This document shows positions 37,432 through 51,650 of a stretch of 64,000 nucleotides of DNA, piece after piece. The notes under the pieces were generated by a model. It made no database searches and was not told where the DNA came from. It saw nothing but the letters and a program-made list of their open reading frames with translations. The position numbers and the translations under genes are program-made. Source of the DNA: Marsupella aquatica (Eukaryota > Plantae > Marchantiophyta); the NCBI GenBank assembly GCA_973895155.1, contig OZ316893.1, forward strand, positions 7,898,963 to 7,962,962. The letters are read 5' to 3'. Each line of letters begins with the position of its first letter. Position 1 is the first letter of the stretch.

Positions 37432-38323
37432 TAATCAAAAGCTGTTTTTCTTTTAATTTCAGCTGGAGTCAAGATGCTCATGTTTGAAAACATGGTTGAT
37501 CATACTGGTTAAATCAACACAGTAAAAACTTCTTAAGGAAGCCAGATCTCATTGGAGCAAGATAATATAGAATAAAGGGTGCTTTTGCATTGGAAATTTC
37601 CTGTTGGATGAAAACATTCTGTAGGCATGGAATGAGAAAGGCCACTCAACTTAGGAAAAAGGTCTAAGAGGAATAAGGAGAGTAGAATGCTTGTGTTAAC
37701 TTTGTTTGTCCTCTCTACAACAGTCATTTGAAATATATTTAAATCCTTAGTGCTAAATGCTAAGTGCTGTATCCTGATTCTTGAAAAGGTCAGATTCATC
37801 CCTTGGTCTCTCTCTGATATCTTTCCCAATATGTTTCTAGAATCTATATATCTGGCATAATTAATATTTCTGGATGCTCTATGGCATGTATATTGAGTGT
37901 CTGAATTCAACATTTTTTTTGTTATTGTTATAGAATTTTCTCTCCTATCCAAATACTAGTCTGAATCTCGAGCCATGATGTCTGAATCAGGAGCCATATA
38001 GACTCATGCATGTACTCTACTGGTCAAACTGTTGTCAAGTTTCACGTATGCAGAAAGCCAAGAGGATATTGCAGGGTGCGTATGTATAATATAATTTGTA
38101 GAGAGAGGATACCAGAAGAGCTTGAGATGATTTATTGATATAATGTCCTGTAAACACCAAAAATTAGCCAATACTCCATAGGCTGGAAACCACCACGACC
38201 TAGTCCACCTAAGATTATATGCTTTCCAAGACTAGTTCATAGGTCCCAAATTACACCTGCCCATGTGAAAGCTCCACTGCCTGCCTTGCTATTGCTCATT
38301 CTTGCCCTGCAGAGAACAGTTGT

Positions 38324-38518
38324 ACTCAAGATAAAAGGTCAAACCCTCACCACAAAAGATGAAACCCAAGCCCATTCCTAGTGACAATTGAACCAGCCTA
38401 TGCACTTTATGATGAGAGTCACAAACTCAAGATAAAGGCGGAACACTCACCACAAAAGATGGAACCCAAACCCATTCCTAGTGAAAATTGAACCTATCCA
38501 CCTTATAATGAAAGTCAC
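38324..38518. repeat. ~100-bp tandem duplication
   Basis: actcaagataaa...ctcaccacaaaagatg...cccattcctagtga..attgaacc occurs twice. Confidence 0.8.
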
Positions 38519-38993
38519 GGGTCAAGCATAGCTCTTATAGGTGCAGTTTTGGTTTAGTGGTTTAAGTGGAGATGGACTGAGAAGAGTCTTTCCTCCCAAA
38601 CTGTGGACATACAACCACCCAGAAAGCAGGGTAGGTAACACACACAATGCAAGTGGATATCAGATTTTGAAAACATGTGTAGTCCACATGCTCCTTAGGT
38701 GAGGAAGCTATAGATATTTCTTCATCCAGTAGGTGCAGTCACAACGAGATTACTTCACTCATGACAAGTCTTGGCATATTGGGCATTCTCTATGATGGTG
38801 GTGGTAGGGGAGCAAATTAGCCCACCCAATAATACAGGAACTTGCTGAAAGTCATGTGGGCCTTGAACCCTCCATTTTCATTGAAAGGCAAATGATCTAC
38901 AAGGTGGTCACAGGTTGAAGGAACCAAGTTAGGGGCAAACCACTCAGCAAGAGCCCAACCAAACTAGCTGGCAAGTGCTCAAAAGGTCAAAAC

Positions 38994-39577
38994 CAGTGTT
39001 GGGCGGGTATAGGGCTTTCCTTATACCAGCAAGGTAAGGTATTGGACCTGGTATATAAGGTCCCTGAAAATATTTCAAAATATTGAGGTATATTAAAAGA
39101 AAATATCTCAGATTGTAGACAGGGTATAGGTATAGAGTTTAGGGTGGGCTACACCCGGGTTGCAAAGGTATAGGTAAAGGTATAGTAAATTAAGGCTCTT
39201 AGTAGCAAATTTTGACCCAAATTTGAATGCACACTTTAATATGTTATCAAGAAAAATTATACTCACCTTTAACTTGCACAATTTGCATATACCACTAGGT
39301 GATACAACATACGCTTTGACTTCACGGACAACTTCCATGAGAACTAATAAATATTATAGTCAAGGTTCTTCCTCCACCTATCCCGCATCAACCAACTTAT
39401 CCTCGGCATCATAAATGATATCACCTTTCGTAGCCAAGAAGTCACCATGTTAGCAGTCTCAAAAACCATGTCCACCCTACAATCATCTGACCAGTTCTTG
39501 GAGATCATCACCAACATCTCAAGATTTTCCAACACAAGCCCATGTCGACAAAGGTTTGTCAAGACACCAGCAATCAA
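38994..39577 (-). mobile_element. hAT transposon 3' remnant
   Basis: Peptide IAGVLTNLCRHGLVLENLEMLVMISKNWSDD resembles the hAT C-terminal dimerisation domain. Candidate terminus CAGTGTT at 38994 with GGTATAG subterminal repeats. Confidence 0.6.
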
Positions 39578-39925
39578 GAATATGCAATTGCATTCAATTT
39601 GGGAGAAAGGAATGCCAAAGGTTTGTCAAGACACCAGCAATCAAGAATATGCAATTGCATTCAATTTGGGAGACAGGAATGCCAAGGAATTCTCTAGCCA
39701 AAAAATCCAACTACATGATAATTCCTCTTGTTCTCCTTCCACCAAGCAAGGGGAGCCACACCCAATGGGACTTGAACTCACCTAACCATCTCTAACTCGG
39801 CCTTGCACACCTAGTGCAATGACCAGAACTTGCCTAACCACCTCTAACTCGGCCTTGCACATGTAGTGCAATGACCTGAACTCGCCTAACCATCTCTAAC
39901 TCAGCCTTGCACACCTAGTGCAATG
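39550..39925. repeat. Two tandem arrays: ~67 bp x2 (39550-39685) and ~55 bp x3 (39772-39925)
   Basis: aaaggtttgtcaagacaccagcaatcaagaatatgcaattgcattcaatttgggaga x2; cctaacca.ctctaactc.gccttgcaca..tagtgcaatg x3. Confidence 0.85.
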
Positions 39926-41962
39926 CATCTTGTGAACACTTCCCCAAACAAAGATGTATGCACATGTACCCCAAGGGTAGGATCTAGAACAGTTTCATGC
40001 TCCACTCATAAAGTTTTAGTGGAAAACATTTGCCAATTTTCACCTCCCCAATATTCCAAAGATTTAGTCACTTTTGGCCAAAATTCATTTATATTTTTGT
40101 CTCATTAACCAATGTTCCACCTAATGAAAGGCCCATTAGCCAGAACTTGATGATCATCTTAAACTAATCAGATAAAAGATAAGGTGATGCAAAGGAATGA
40201 ATCTGGTCATTTTTAAATTAGTTAGATAATGAATGAATATCTTTTCCTTCACACACTCGACATTGGCCAGTGCGAAAGAAGTAAAACCTTATAAAATAAG
40301 CATTTTGAGCATCTTTTCCCTTCGCACACTAGACATTGGCCAGTGCAAAAAAGTACAAACCTTAAAAAGTAAGTAAAAAAGCAAAAACCTTATAAAATAA
40401 GCTGGTGCAAAGGAGGGCCTGGCGGTAAATTCTCGCTCATTCCGGCTCGGGATGAAAAAAATTACCAAGGACCCAAAATTGGGTTCAGTGGGCAATGCAA
40501 AAGTACTTTTGAGTAGGGTGGGCAAGGCAAGTCCTTTGGCTACGTTGGGCGAGACGAGGGTACACTGCATGGCTCTGCATGTGGAGGGAGGTGGAGAGCT
40601 GGCAAGTGCAGGGCAGGATATATGAGACTATTTTTGCTCATCCAAGGGTGATGATCATATATTCAAAAGTCAGGATCTGTTCCCGCATTTTGCCATTTTT
40701 GTAAGCAGGCGATTCAGGTTTAAATCTAACAAGTCCACTTCCTGAAAGGCGTGCGACAGGCAGAGGGATTTGCGTAAAACCGGATGAGGTCTAGAATAAC
40801 TCGATAACTCGACCAGACTAGAACAATCTCAACCATGGTCGGATGAAACCTGAGGATCGTGATAACCAACTGCAGGATTTTCTCCGAGCCAATGTCAGCC
40901 TGATTCGAAGACAATTTGCACGTTTGAGAATTTCTTCACTAAAAAAGCTACGTGGCATTTGTTAAGATCAAATAGCAGCTGAGATGGACGCGACACTCGT
41001 ATTCCGACGCAAAGTTCAAACTTCGGAACACATAAAAGTCACGAACACAGAGCATCGGACAGGAACAAGAGAGATCCAAAAACAAACACATGTCTTTGAG
41101 ACGTGAGAACGATGTGGCTACTTTATTGACTTTACAAGGAACCCCTCTGGTGTCAATAATTATCAAAATGATTCGAGTGTGACTTCCAAGCACAAACAAA
41201 CATTTGCAGCAAGTAACTTAACTTTCGTTCAGAGTTAGATCACAATGACAGGCATAAAGTTTGCACTGTCACCTAGATTTACCATTTGAAAATTTCCCTC
41301 GAGTTCCAATCCTGAGTGAGTCACGGATAGCGTTAACTTCTTGAGTACTTATAGCAAGCTGAGATCGTGGTGATATCTTACAGATTAAATCACAACCAAC
41401 CAGATGGACCTGGTGATGGATTTGAGTGAACATGACCCCACTCAGGTCTTCAAAAAAACGCTAGCCAGAAGGAGAAGTACTTCAAGAATGCCCATGCAGG
41501 TAGCAAAACAAGACATTCCACCTCCTCAGACCATTGAGAATCTAAAGCTGGTTGCAAGTAGAGAAGATCATTTTACCTACTTGTCAAAGGATACATCTTG
41601 ACCAGATGTTCCACATCTCGGATGAAAGAGCAATGAGAAGCCCGTCTCTTAAGGCCTTTCTGCCCAGACCAAGAGACCAGAGCCAGGTGTCGCTAGGGCT
41701 TCGTTCACACATCTTAGTGGATTTGAAGCCACACATTAGCCACATACAATTTGCACCATTCCTCTGATGCCCTGACAACTTTCAGGCTGGACCTGTCAGT
41801 GTCCACATCCTTAAGCGCAGCTTGCCCTACACCTGAACTGAGTTATCAATTTAACCTTAGAACTTAAGAAGCCCAGTAGATGTTCAAGCCACCCCTCGAT
41901 TAACCGCAAAGCAGATCTTCCAAACTGCAGCTACGTACTGCTGCACCGTTGTTCATATGTAA

Positions 41963-44900
41963 CTACGACACCGTGCGCCCATAGCTGACGGCGGCGATGT
42001 ACAAATTCTTAGACCACTTTTCCTGCTCACCGAAGCACCACAAACACAAGCTTAGAACTCATTCTGACTTTTTGAACAGAACAGAAAGCATTGACATGTT
42101 CAATCCAAGTAATTGTGTAAGGAATAAGTATGCCAGACCTTGACATGTTGGCTTGGAAAGGCTGATGTTCGAAGAGTTTCCTGTGTTTCATCCGCAGGCT
42201 TTCGTCTAGGAACACTTAACACAAATGCAGCCTGGTCCCATGTGGCAGCAGTTGCAGTAATACGATAGCCACTGTCCCACCGCCGATGAATACCTTCACT
42301 TGGATAAAGAAAATCAAGCTCCACAACCTAGAATGCAATATGGATAAAATGTTAGCCGTCAACAGCCAATGAATGGACCTCTCTACTAACAGGTGACTTA
42401 AAAAAATTAATCGGGAGACCCACCTGGTCCGTAAATCCGGCATTTCGCGACATGACTACTCCCCAGCGACTGCCAGCAGTAGCCATAGATGTCACATAAA
42501 ATCCCTCCCTCCACTTCTTATTGATCCACTTGAATGGGAATGAATCACTGACTTTATATGACTGTTGCGTGTAAGATGTCCCTGTAAGTAACAAATATCG
42601 GCAATTATAACGTTATTCGAGTCTTCAGTGAGACAAGACAAGATAGAGCAAAGATCTATGACAGATATCAACAGACAATTAAACCTCTGGCCTCAAAATA
42701 CCTTTTGACATCACAACGAGGGAACTTCCATTGTTGGCTCCAGCAATTGCACTAATATAATAATTCTTCTCCCATTGTTCCATAATCCATTCCTGCAAAA
42801 CGCACGCAAACAACCAAAGTAAGGCGGCGTTGCTTCCCCTTAAATTCTACTGATTTTGTTGGATCTGAAAATGCACTTGGCCCAGTTCAAGGTTGTCTCT
42901 TCTCACAATTTTCAGCGATGACCAACAAAACTAACGATACATAGCAGTTTCTGAGCTTTCGACGGTTTATCTGGGAGTTTTCTTCTGTCCTCGTCAGTAC
43001 AGATACGTAAATCACTCTTAATTAAGCTGCAAGGCATCTAACTAAGCAGAAGACAGTCGGAGATGCGACTTACTTTATGAAGAAAAACATGTGAAAGCTC
43101 ATAAACTTGTGCAGTAAAGCCTGTCCCAGCATCCATAATGAGAGCCCACAGATTTGTGCAGGAGGCTACACTACTTATGTACAGGCCATCTTCATTGCCT
43201 TTCTCGACATGTTGTGTAAGACGTGAATCTGCAACATTGTAGTGGTACCTGGCACAAAAGCAAATTGAGTGCAACATATTTAGAAGTAAAACTCTGGCCT
43301 GCAATGATTGTTAGTTTTGACCCCACAACCTACCATGCAATATTCTGGAGATACAGAAACGACATCTATACGGAGTAGATCAGATTAACTTTGACCCTCA
43401 GACATTACCTTTGTTTCATTGGGCGACGAGCATTATACACCGTTATCCATTGCGTTGCTGGCATGCCCAACCGGATCTTCTTCTTGGGTTGATCATCCTC
43501 TTCTTCTTCTACCGTCAATCTTCCCCTCTTCTGACCAACCTATATCAGACAGAAAAACATCCTTTAATTCAAGTAGTGATCACATGAACAGATAATGTCT
43601 GAAATACATGGAATATTATGCACGAAATGATACAGTCGCTGTCGACAGCAAAACGAAAGTCCAAAATAGAAAACATTTCCCAGAAGACCGCCACAACTTA
43701 TGCTTCACCGCCAGCATTCACGTGAACAGCTCTTTAATGGGAAGGACAAACCTTTTGGGCACCATCAGTGTTGATAGGTCTGACGGCTGGATTAGGCCCA
43801 AGTATCCCTTCGAACAGGCTGATGAGTTTAGCATAGTTTGGCTCTTCATCAAACTTCATATTCACAACAATTTCCAGAAACAGCTTGAAGGGCATCGGAC
43901 AGAAGCAGCAGAGCATTTCAGGAGAGGTGGCCATTTTCTTCTTACAAACCAAGAACCCCTTATTGTCACCCTGTTCACATCACATGGTGGTGGTCAGATA
44001 TAAAAGGGGGACTCATAGATACCAAGTTACACCACAGAGACAGCTCGTAGAAAAGATTCAAAAACATCGATCATATCACAGTTCAACAACCAAACGACCA
44101 ATATAAATAGATCCTTCGAAGTGTCTGTATCTGTACTTTTAATCAGAATAGTTCGTCTCTAGAATCAACTGCAGCTACCAGTAAAGTAGAGTAGGCTCAA
44201 AGTGTACTGCACCTGATAACCTTGCCATGGGAGGCGGCCTCGCAGAAGGAATACTAGTGTATACGCAAGAGATTCCAAGTCGTCCCTCCTACTCCCCGTT
44301 CGACCAAGATGTGCGTGAACACTAGCATATCGCACAGTACCCCTGAAATAGAATACGATCATTAGCTGAGGTTGAAGATGTCGACATCTCTGCTATTCAT
44401 CCACATCGGACACTTCTTAGATCAAATCACAGCAAGTACTGGATCCAGGACCAACATAAACTGCAACCCAAATCAACCAACCTGAAAACATCTGGCCTTT
44501 GATCATAATCTACATGAAGGCTTGTTGTCCCGTCCCTCCACCTGGTCGCTGGAAAATAGAAAAACAACGCATTGCATGAGACGGCATTAAGTTGGGAATA
44601 TCAATTGCACGATGAGGGACAATCCTAGAACTTCTCGATGTAGATATGAACACTCAGATCACTCAGATTATTCAAACCAGACAGCGGTGCTAGGAATCTG
44701 CCTTTAAGATGGACGGAGAACGGAAGCTGGTCAACTCACCTAACCCCAGATCTACAAGGAACAGTTTCTTCTCATCAACAGTACCAGCCTGACCCAACAA
44801 AAAGTTCTCTGGCTTCACGTCTCCGTGAACATACCTGTGCACCCACAAGGACATATCATAAGGTCAATCCGTACAGCCGGGGGAATGTTGTACGCACGTG

Positions 44901-47058
44901 AAAATTCTGGACAAAAAAAAATTAAGAAACAGTTTTAAGACGTACCCTCTTTGATGCATTTTCTCAAGGATAGAAATGGCCTCCACTGCAATGCAAGCCA
45001 CCATTTCCGTCGACATCCTGCGACAATTCGAAAAAAAACGTAACTTTACTTACACTACCTGAAACATTAGAGAGCAGTTTTCCTTTAACTCCGTGCATTT
45101 ATGAATGCGAGTAAGCATGGATGCCAGAAGGACGAGCAAAGTTGTACAGATTCACTGTGAAAGCAAAATGAGCCTTACGCTTGGCCTGAAGAGTTCCAGA
45201 CATCCCACAGGCTGGGGCCCAGCATATCCATAACCTGCACGATAAACAGAGGACAATTTCAATCACAGTGCGTAGAATGGAGAACGAGAAAACTGACTGC
45301 CCTCTGTCCCAATGGCTAGGACATACGGGGAAACAGTGAAACGTCTTTGCTGGTTAGCATACCATGACATAGTAGTCACCCTGGCGACCTTTGTAATGAA
45401 CTTTTGGCACACCATGGCTGCCACCCAGCGTACTGCAGGACAACAGTAAGACCAAAAATGGGAGTTAGGAAACAAAGAACCTCCCGAGAAGGGTGTACAG
45501 ATGCAAAGCAGCTACCAGGGCACACTTCCCACCTTCCTGTGAGTGATAGAAAAATTGCTACGGAAAGACAGATTACTCACTTGTACACTTGCCACTCGTA
45601 GGGAGGGCCATAATTGCACCCTTTGCTGCTGCGGTGCTCAAACTTCAACGCAACCTGCAGAGTGTGATGTAAAAGTTAGCCCAACAGACTAATCTCGCCG
45701 AGAATGAACGCAAACAATTGATATCAACCCCCACAGTCAACCAAGGCATACTACGACGTAGACCATCTACACAACGAGGTACATGAGTTGAAATCGACGG
45801 GAGCGAAGACGCAGCGGGTATGCTCGGAATATACACACCTCTAAGGCCTGAGCACCGGTGCGTTCAGAAGAACCACTCAAGCGTCTGCCGACATAGACTT
45901 GTCCGAAACCTCCTTTGCCAAGTTTCCTCTCGATCTTGTAGATAGGGGATCCTCCGACTTGCACCTAAATCACGAAGCAGATTCGTAAGGCGATAACCTT
46001 AAGACAAAATCACCATCTAAACACTGTAGAAATGGCTTCAAGTGACAAGCCAGATATGACAAACACCCTCATATGCCAACCTTCTACGAAAGGAAACCGA
46101 CATCAAACTTGACACCACAAAACTAGAAAACGAATCATGAAAGATCCACTAGCTCAAAACCATACTGATACCGACGCAGACTGCATGCAGACATAGGGAC
46201 AGTATGCACCAAGACGGAGGAGAGCATGGAGTGAGTGAGAGATTTTGGATCACGAGACGTCGAGGGAATCCGGGTCTGTATCCAAGCTTTCACATCCTGG
46301 GAACTTACTTCCAAAAGTAGCGACGGTGGCAAAAGAAAACAGGACACAGAAATAAGGTGGGATTCGCAGGAAAACCTTACCTTCTCCGGAAGAGGTGCTG
46401 TACTTCCTTCGTCTTCGGCCCCGGGAACCTTCTCCGCACTCCTACCTGCACTCTCTTCCTCCATGTCCTCTTTCTTGTCAGCAGTGTCTGCCTCAGCTAG
46501 GTCTCGCGAATCTTGGTCTACCAAAGGATCTTCCTCGAGAGCGTCGTCTTCGTCGTCCGGATGAAACGGATCTTGAAATGATTGCCGCTCCCTGGAAACC
46601 ACTCGAGAAACTGGCAGCTTAGCCCGCCCTAACCCTGCAGGGCCTGCCTTTTGCCTTCCTCCTGCTGCGGCAGGAGCACCTCTAACCTGAACGGGAGGGG
46701 GCTTAGTTGCTGCTGCTGCACGAGCCGACGGCTGCTTTGCAGCAGTCACTTTGCCTTTCCGAACGATCCCTGTGTTGCCTCCTCCAGCAGCCTCTTTGGC
46801 TACTGTCGCTCGAGTTCTGACTCTATTCCTCGCCAGAGGAACGGCCACGGCTTCCTTAACAGCTGCTGCTGCCGCTGTAGTACCACCTGCCGTAGTACGC
46901 CTTCTCGGTGCCGCTCGTCTAGGGCTGGGAACTGAATCTACAAATGCATCAACGGGAGCGGGAGCTACTGCAGGCGAATGATCTCGGAGAGGGCGAGGCA
47001 GAATGGCTGGATTCGGTGGGGAGCGGGGTTGGCGCGCTCCACTACGCAGCTCTGGCAT
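41963..47058 (-). CDS. MLK: MUT9-like kinase / plant-specific casein kinase 1-like (MLK/PPK/AEL/HD16 family)
   Basis: MPELRSGAR start; [110 protein letters not shown] (41963-41965); GT-AG introns. Confidence 0.95.
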
Positions 47059-47519
47059 CCTTCACCCATACACACAACCTTCAAACCTTCCTCTGCTCCT
47101 CCACTAACGCGTCTCTTCCTCGTCCTCTCTATCGGCTCACTCATATCTCACACCCAAATCTACACCCCTCCACCTGTCCTTATCAATCGTCCACCCTGCC
47201 AGACCCGTCGAACTCTCCTCACAATGCCACAATCAGATCTATCCGCCTGTCCGATCCTCGGCTCCTTAGGGTTCGTCGTGCGCCTCGATCTTGCCTTTGC
47301 CTTCTTCTACCACCTCTCCCTTCGATTGCCAACCTCCTTCCTTGCTTTACCCGTTTATCGTTCCGCTCCTCCACCCTCCGCTATCCCTGCGCTCTACGAC
47401 TATCTCCCTCCTGGACCGGCCGGAATGATGATCAGGTCGAGGAGTCGACTCGCAACAACCTCCAATGATCAAATCTACATCAGATAGTTAAAGTTGTAAA
47501 AAGTTGCCTAGACACAACA

Positions 47520-48420
47520 TCAGCAGCAGCAGCAGCAGCAGAAGAAGCACCAGCGACAACAGACCACCGATCTCCCGTCGTCCTAATCTGCGTCGCTTCT
47601 ATTTCCTTCCCTCCTTCTTCCTCCTTCCTCACAGCCAACAACTCTCGTCGCTCCGCTTCTCTCCTATAAGCTTCTTCTGCTGCTGCTGCGGCTCGTTGCG
47701 CGCGCAACGTCCATCAGCCATGGCCAAGCCCACAACTAGCCAGCCTGCGTGCCTGCCTGCCTCCCTGCCTGCCTCCCTGCCTGCTGTAGTCGAATCTGTC
47801 GGATGCCCCTGCGTGGTACCTAAAATGCTTCCCTTCCCTTCCCTTCCCTTCCTCTCTTCTTACCACTCCTGCTACCACTTCGACCACCACCGCTACCACG
47901 CGGGCCGAACGAACGACAGGAGCAATCAACTCTCCCTCTCTTTCTCTTCCTCTTTCTCTCTCTCACGCACTGCTCATCGGCGCACCTCCTCCTCCTCCTC
48001 CGCCTCCCTCATCACACTCCACTCTCATTCCCTCCTCCCCTCATTATTCGACCCCCTTCCCTCGTTCATTAATTTGTTGTTTGTGCTGCTGCGCTTCGCT
48101 CCACCACGTTCTCCCTCTCTCCCTTGGGAGTCCTTCCCCTTCCGTCTTCTTCTTTTTGTCCCGTCGACCACCACCACCACCACCACCACCCTCCTCCGTC
48201 TGCCGAGCCCTCCACTCCCACTCCCTGTGCCCGTGCCCACTCATCCTCCTCCTTCCCGACCCAACATGGCCACCACGCCGACTGTAGTAGCAGTAGTAGT
48301 AGTAGTAGTAGTAGGAGGAGTAGTAATGCGCTGCACTGCATTCGACTGCACCGAACTCGACCCGACCCCACGCTTGCAAGCCAGTTCCCAACCACGTTTG
48401 CAAGCCAGTTCCCAACCCGT
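47520..48420. repeat. Microsatellite-rich, pyrimidine-skewed 5' UTR/promoter region of the kinase gene
   Basis: (CAG)n ~47521, (CCTG)n ~47750, (CT)n ~47930, (CAC)n ~48167, (TAG)n ~48283, and a 24-bp duplication at ~48374-48418. Confidence 0.7.
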
Positions 48421-50089
48421 GTTCTTCCGTGGACTGTACTCAACTCGACTCGATCCAACCCGTGTTCTTCCATATGTTCAAACTCGTGCTCGTCAATAAA
48501 CTGGACTCCGCTCCGCTAAGCTGTGTTTCCTTTCGTTTCTTACGTCGAATAAAAATTTTGATAATTAAATCAGACGGAGCAAAATGCTCTGAGTTTTAAT
48601 TGCTGTTTTTGCTTGGAAATAAACACTTAGAGCAGACGAAAGGTTTCATTAATTTTTGAAACTTTTGCAGGAAAATAAGAGCCAGCAGAAGTTATGGTAA
48701 TACCCATGCTCCCTAATATGGATGTCAAGTCAGGGCTTGAGGGAAATATGTGGACACCCATCTCTGAGCTTGATAGCTCCATGTAGGCATGAGACGGCCA
48801 GGAGTGGGAGTTTAGCAACAGACTTTAGAAACATTACCCAGCTGATTTTTGGATTATATTGGTGATGATTCCTGCCACCCCATGCTGAGATATTATTAGT
48901 AGGGCATCTCAAACCTGAAAATTTGATGTATTGGTTCAAGACACAAAAACATTCAAATATGGTACTGTAGTTAACTCCATTGTTCATGAATGGGGTGTGG
49001 GTTGAGCCTGCACATGGAACACGGCTCTCAACTTGATTCGACCCAACCCCCCCCCCCCCCCCCTACCCTGGATTATTTTCCTCAACTCCGCTCCACCCAC
49101 GCCGTGGTGACCATCCTGCCATGGCTCAACTCGACCAGACCAAACAACCCGCGCGGTCCATGGCCGGAAATCGTGGGGGCGAAGAGGAGTAAGTTACAGC
49201 GCAAGGCGTGCACGGTTCCATGGACCATTCCGACCGATCCAGCGCTCTACGTCCAGCGGAGGGCATGGACAAGCAGCAAGGCTGGGGCAAGACCTTGTGT
49301 AGTTAGCCGTAATAAAAGGGACCAAACAGGCAGGCGCCACTGCCCCCTGACCCCCTCAACTCCACTCTCCAGGAGCAAACAATAACAGCCACGGAAAATG
49401 CGGGCGGGCGAAGACTGTACTGTACTTCCTTCCCCAAGGTAGCGTCGGTCTCATTTAACTGTGGTGAAGTACCACTGTCGGCAGTGGACGCTCACGATGC
49501 ATCTGGCCCCGAAATCACTGTCGTACGATCACTTGAGAGTGTACCGTAGTTAAGGGGAGTACTGGAGAGACCCAACCCAACCTATGATGGTTGGCGACTC
49601 GGAAGCTGGACCCGCCCATTATTACCTATTTCCCCGTTGGCGTTTCCCGCCTTCGCTGAAAGGCGGGCGGCCCCTCTAAATTCTAATAAACCTCCATCAT
49701 GCTGCACAAGGGCGAACTAACCGCGCGGTGAACCTTGCAACGGAGCAGCACGCGGCCGCAATCGGCTTGGGATCGGCTGACTGGCTGACAAATACTTGCC
49801 GCCAAATCTAGCCCTACCACTCTACCAGCACCGCTACTTCAAAAGCGACGAAAACAACCCAGCGGTGTATTTTATTTAGAGCGGCGATACCAGCCAGCCC
49901 GCCAGCCAGGTCCCCTGCCAGGGTCGGCCTGGCCGACTCGTGCGAGCAGGCGCCAGCATCATTTTGACAAGGTTTTTATGGGAGGCGAGTCGATGACATC
50001 AGCCCATCCGTTTCACCTGCCCATGGTAAGAAGTGAACACTGGTATCATACTTTGGATATGGCTTGGTTGACTCATACCCGTATTATTT

Positions 50090-51650
50090 CATTTTTAATT
50101 TTTTTATAATATATAACAAAAACAAATCGGCCCTATTATTCCCCTGATGTACACCCTCACCAAGGCAGCGATTGAGACCAATCATTGGGTCCGTTCAGTA
50201 GCAAGGGGGGGCAACCCCCACGGAATTTCTCAGCTTTCCAACGCTCTTGGACTTTTCAAGCTTTTCACTTGGAATACACCTTACTCAATCAGGGCCCTGT
50301 TTCTTGTGTGGCCACCCCAACCGTGCAGCCCCGTAGATGATCATCCGTGAGATCAAGTCTGTTGACACTCAAAGGGGCGGGCCTCACAATCAGCAATTTT
50401 TTAAGTGGCAAAAACTTGCTAGATTCCATCTCTCCAAAAGGTTTTGGCACTTTTGGAAAAAAAATTAGGTTTTCTGTTCCACATTAGAAATTTTACCACC
50501 TAGTTAAAGACCTCATTAACCAGACTACCAGAGTCTTGCATAAATCTAAGGAGATCTAATAGTCAGAAAACAATTCAGGAGATTCAGATAAGGAACATTT
50601 CTAGCATCTATTCCTTCACACAGGCTGACATTTGCCACATTGTTGAAAAGGGAAACCCTTAAACCTATGCAGCTCAGTTCCAGATCACTCTTTGAGCCAT
50701 CCCAAATCCTGTAGGGATATGGAATATGGCTCAAAAAACTTCATCTATCAATCTTGTTGAAATGGACATAACATGCACTTGCATTCACCAAACTCATTGC
50801 CTAGGAGGTGCAAAGGAAGCTTGGTGATCTTGGCTACCACCAATTTGGTAATGGGTGGTTCCACGAGTTGGCTAAAATTTATAGAAGCGAGTAGGAATCC
50901 AAGGAATTCAACACCACATCTACTACTCTCTCTCACCAAATTGCAAGTCATCTTCAATCAGCCAAGCTTTCCACTATACCCCTCCCTTGTCCCTGTGGAC
51001 AAAGGATTTAGACAGCAATCAACACCACCTTTATGCTAGACGTGTGAATATTGGAAAAGAAGTCATGGTATAGTGTATGCAAGTACAAGGAAGTAGAACT
51101 AATTGTATTTTATGTTCTAAGAATGTGTTTCCGAGAATTAATTAAAATGGGCCTAACCCAACCCATCGTTAGGATTATTATTGGACTCATCAGATGTGTG
51201 TTAACAGGTGGCTGACCTTGACTCACTCTTGGCCTGGAGGATGGTAGCTGGTAACCTTCTGGCAGACGGGGGCAGCTCCAGGTGCTGCTGTGGTCAGTGA
51301 TCCTTCTCCCTAGCCCCCTGGTTTGTGTTTCCTTTGTGCTCCGCTCTTCACCATGGCAGTCCTTGGAATGAATTGGGAGCCTCCTCTTCTTCAAAGAAAA
51401 GAAAAGTGCAAGTAAGGCAGCCCAATCAGACTCAATCAAGCAAAGAAGATAGCGAGAAGTTTGTGCAGTTATGGGATTCCCGAGAAAACAAATCCTGTGT
51501 TCTGCTGCTTCAGAAGCCTGACTTCTCCATTTTAATTAACGAGGGGAAAACCAGCCAAAGGACTAGGCAGAGGCAGCGCAACCAGCAGAAGCCCTCATAT
51601 GCAGGGAAACCCCAGCACTACATAGCAAAGGCCAACTTTTGATCCCAAGC
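50090..51650 (-). mobile_element. Possible highly degraded LINE remnant
   Basis: T-rich end at ~50092 and broken minus-strand frames with weak resemblance to LINE C-terminal and ORF1 segments; no clean motif. Confidence 0.25.

Noticed and set aside
37533-37952. 139-aa minus-strand ORF
   Set aside because: Non-ATG start, AT-rich, no motif or splice support.
47504-48499. 331-aa plus-strand ORF and overlapping ORFs
   Set aside because: Low-complexity translations of microsatellites in the kinase 5' region; no domain, and a non-ATG start for the long ORF.
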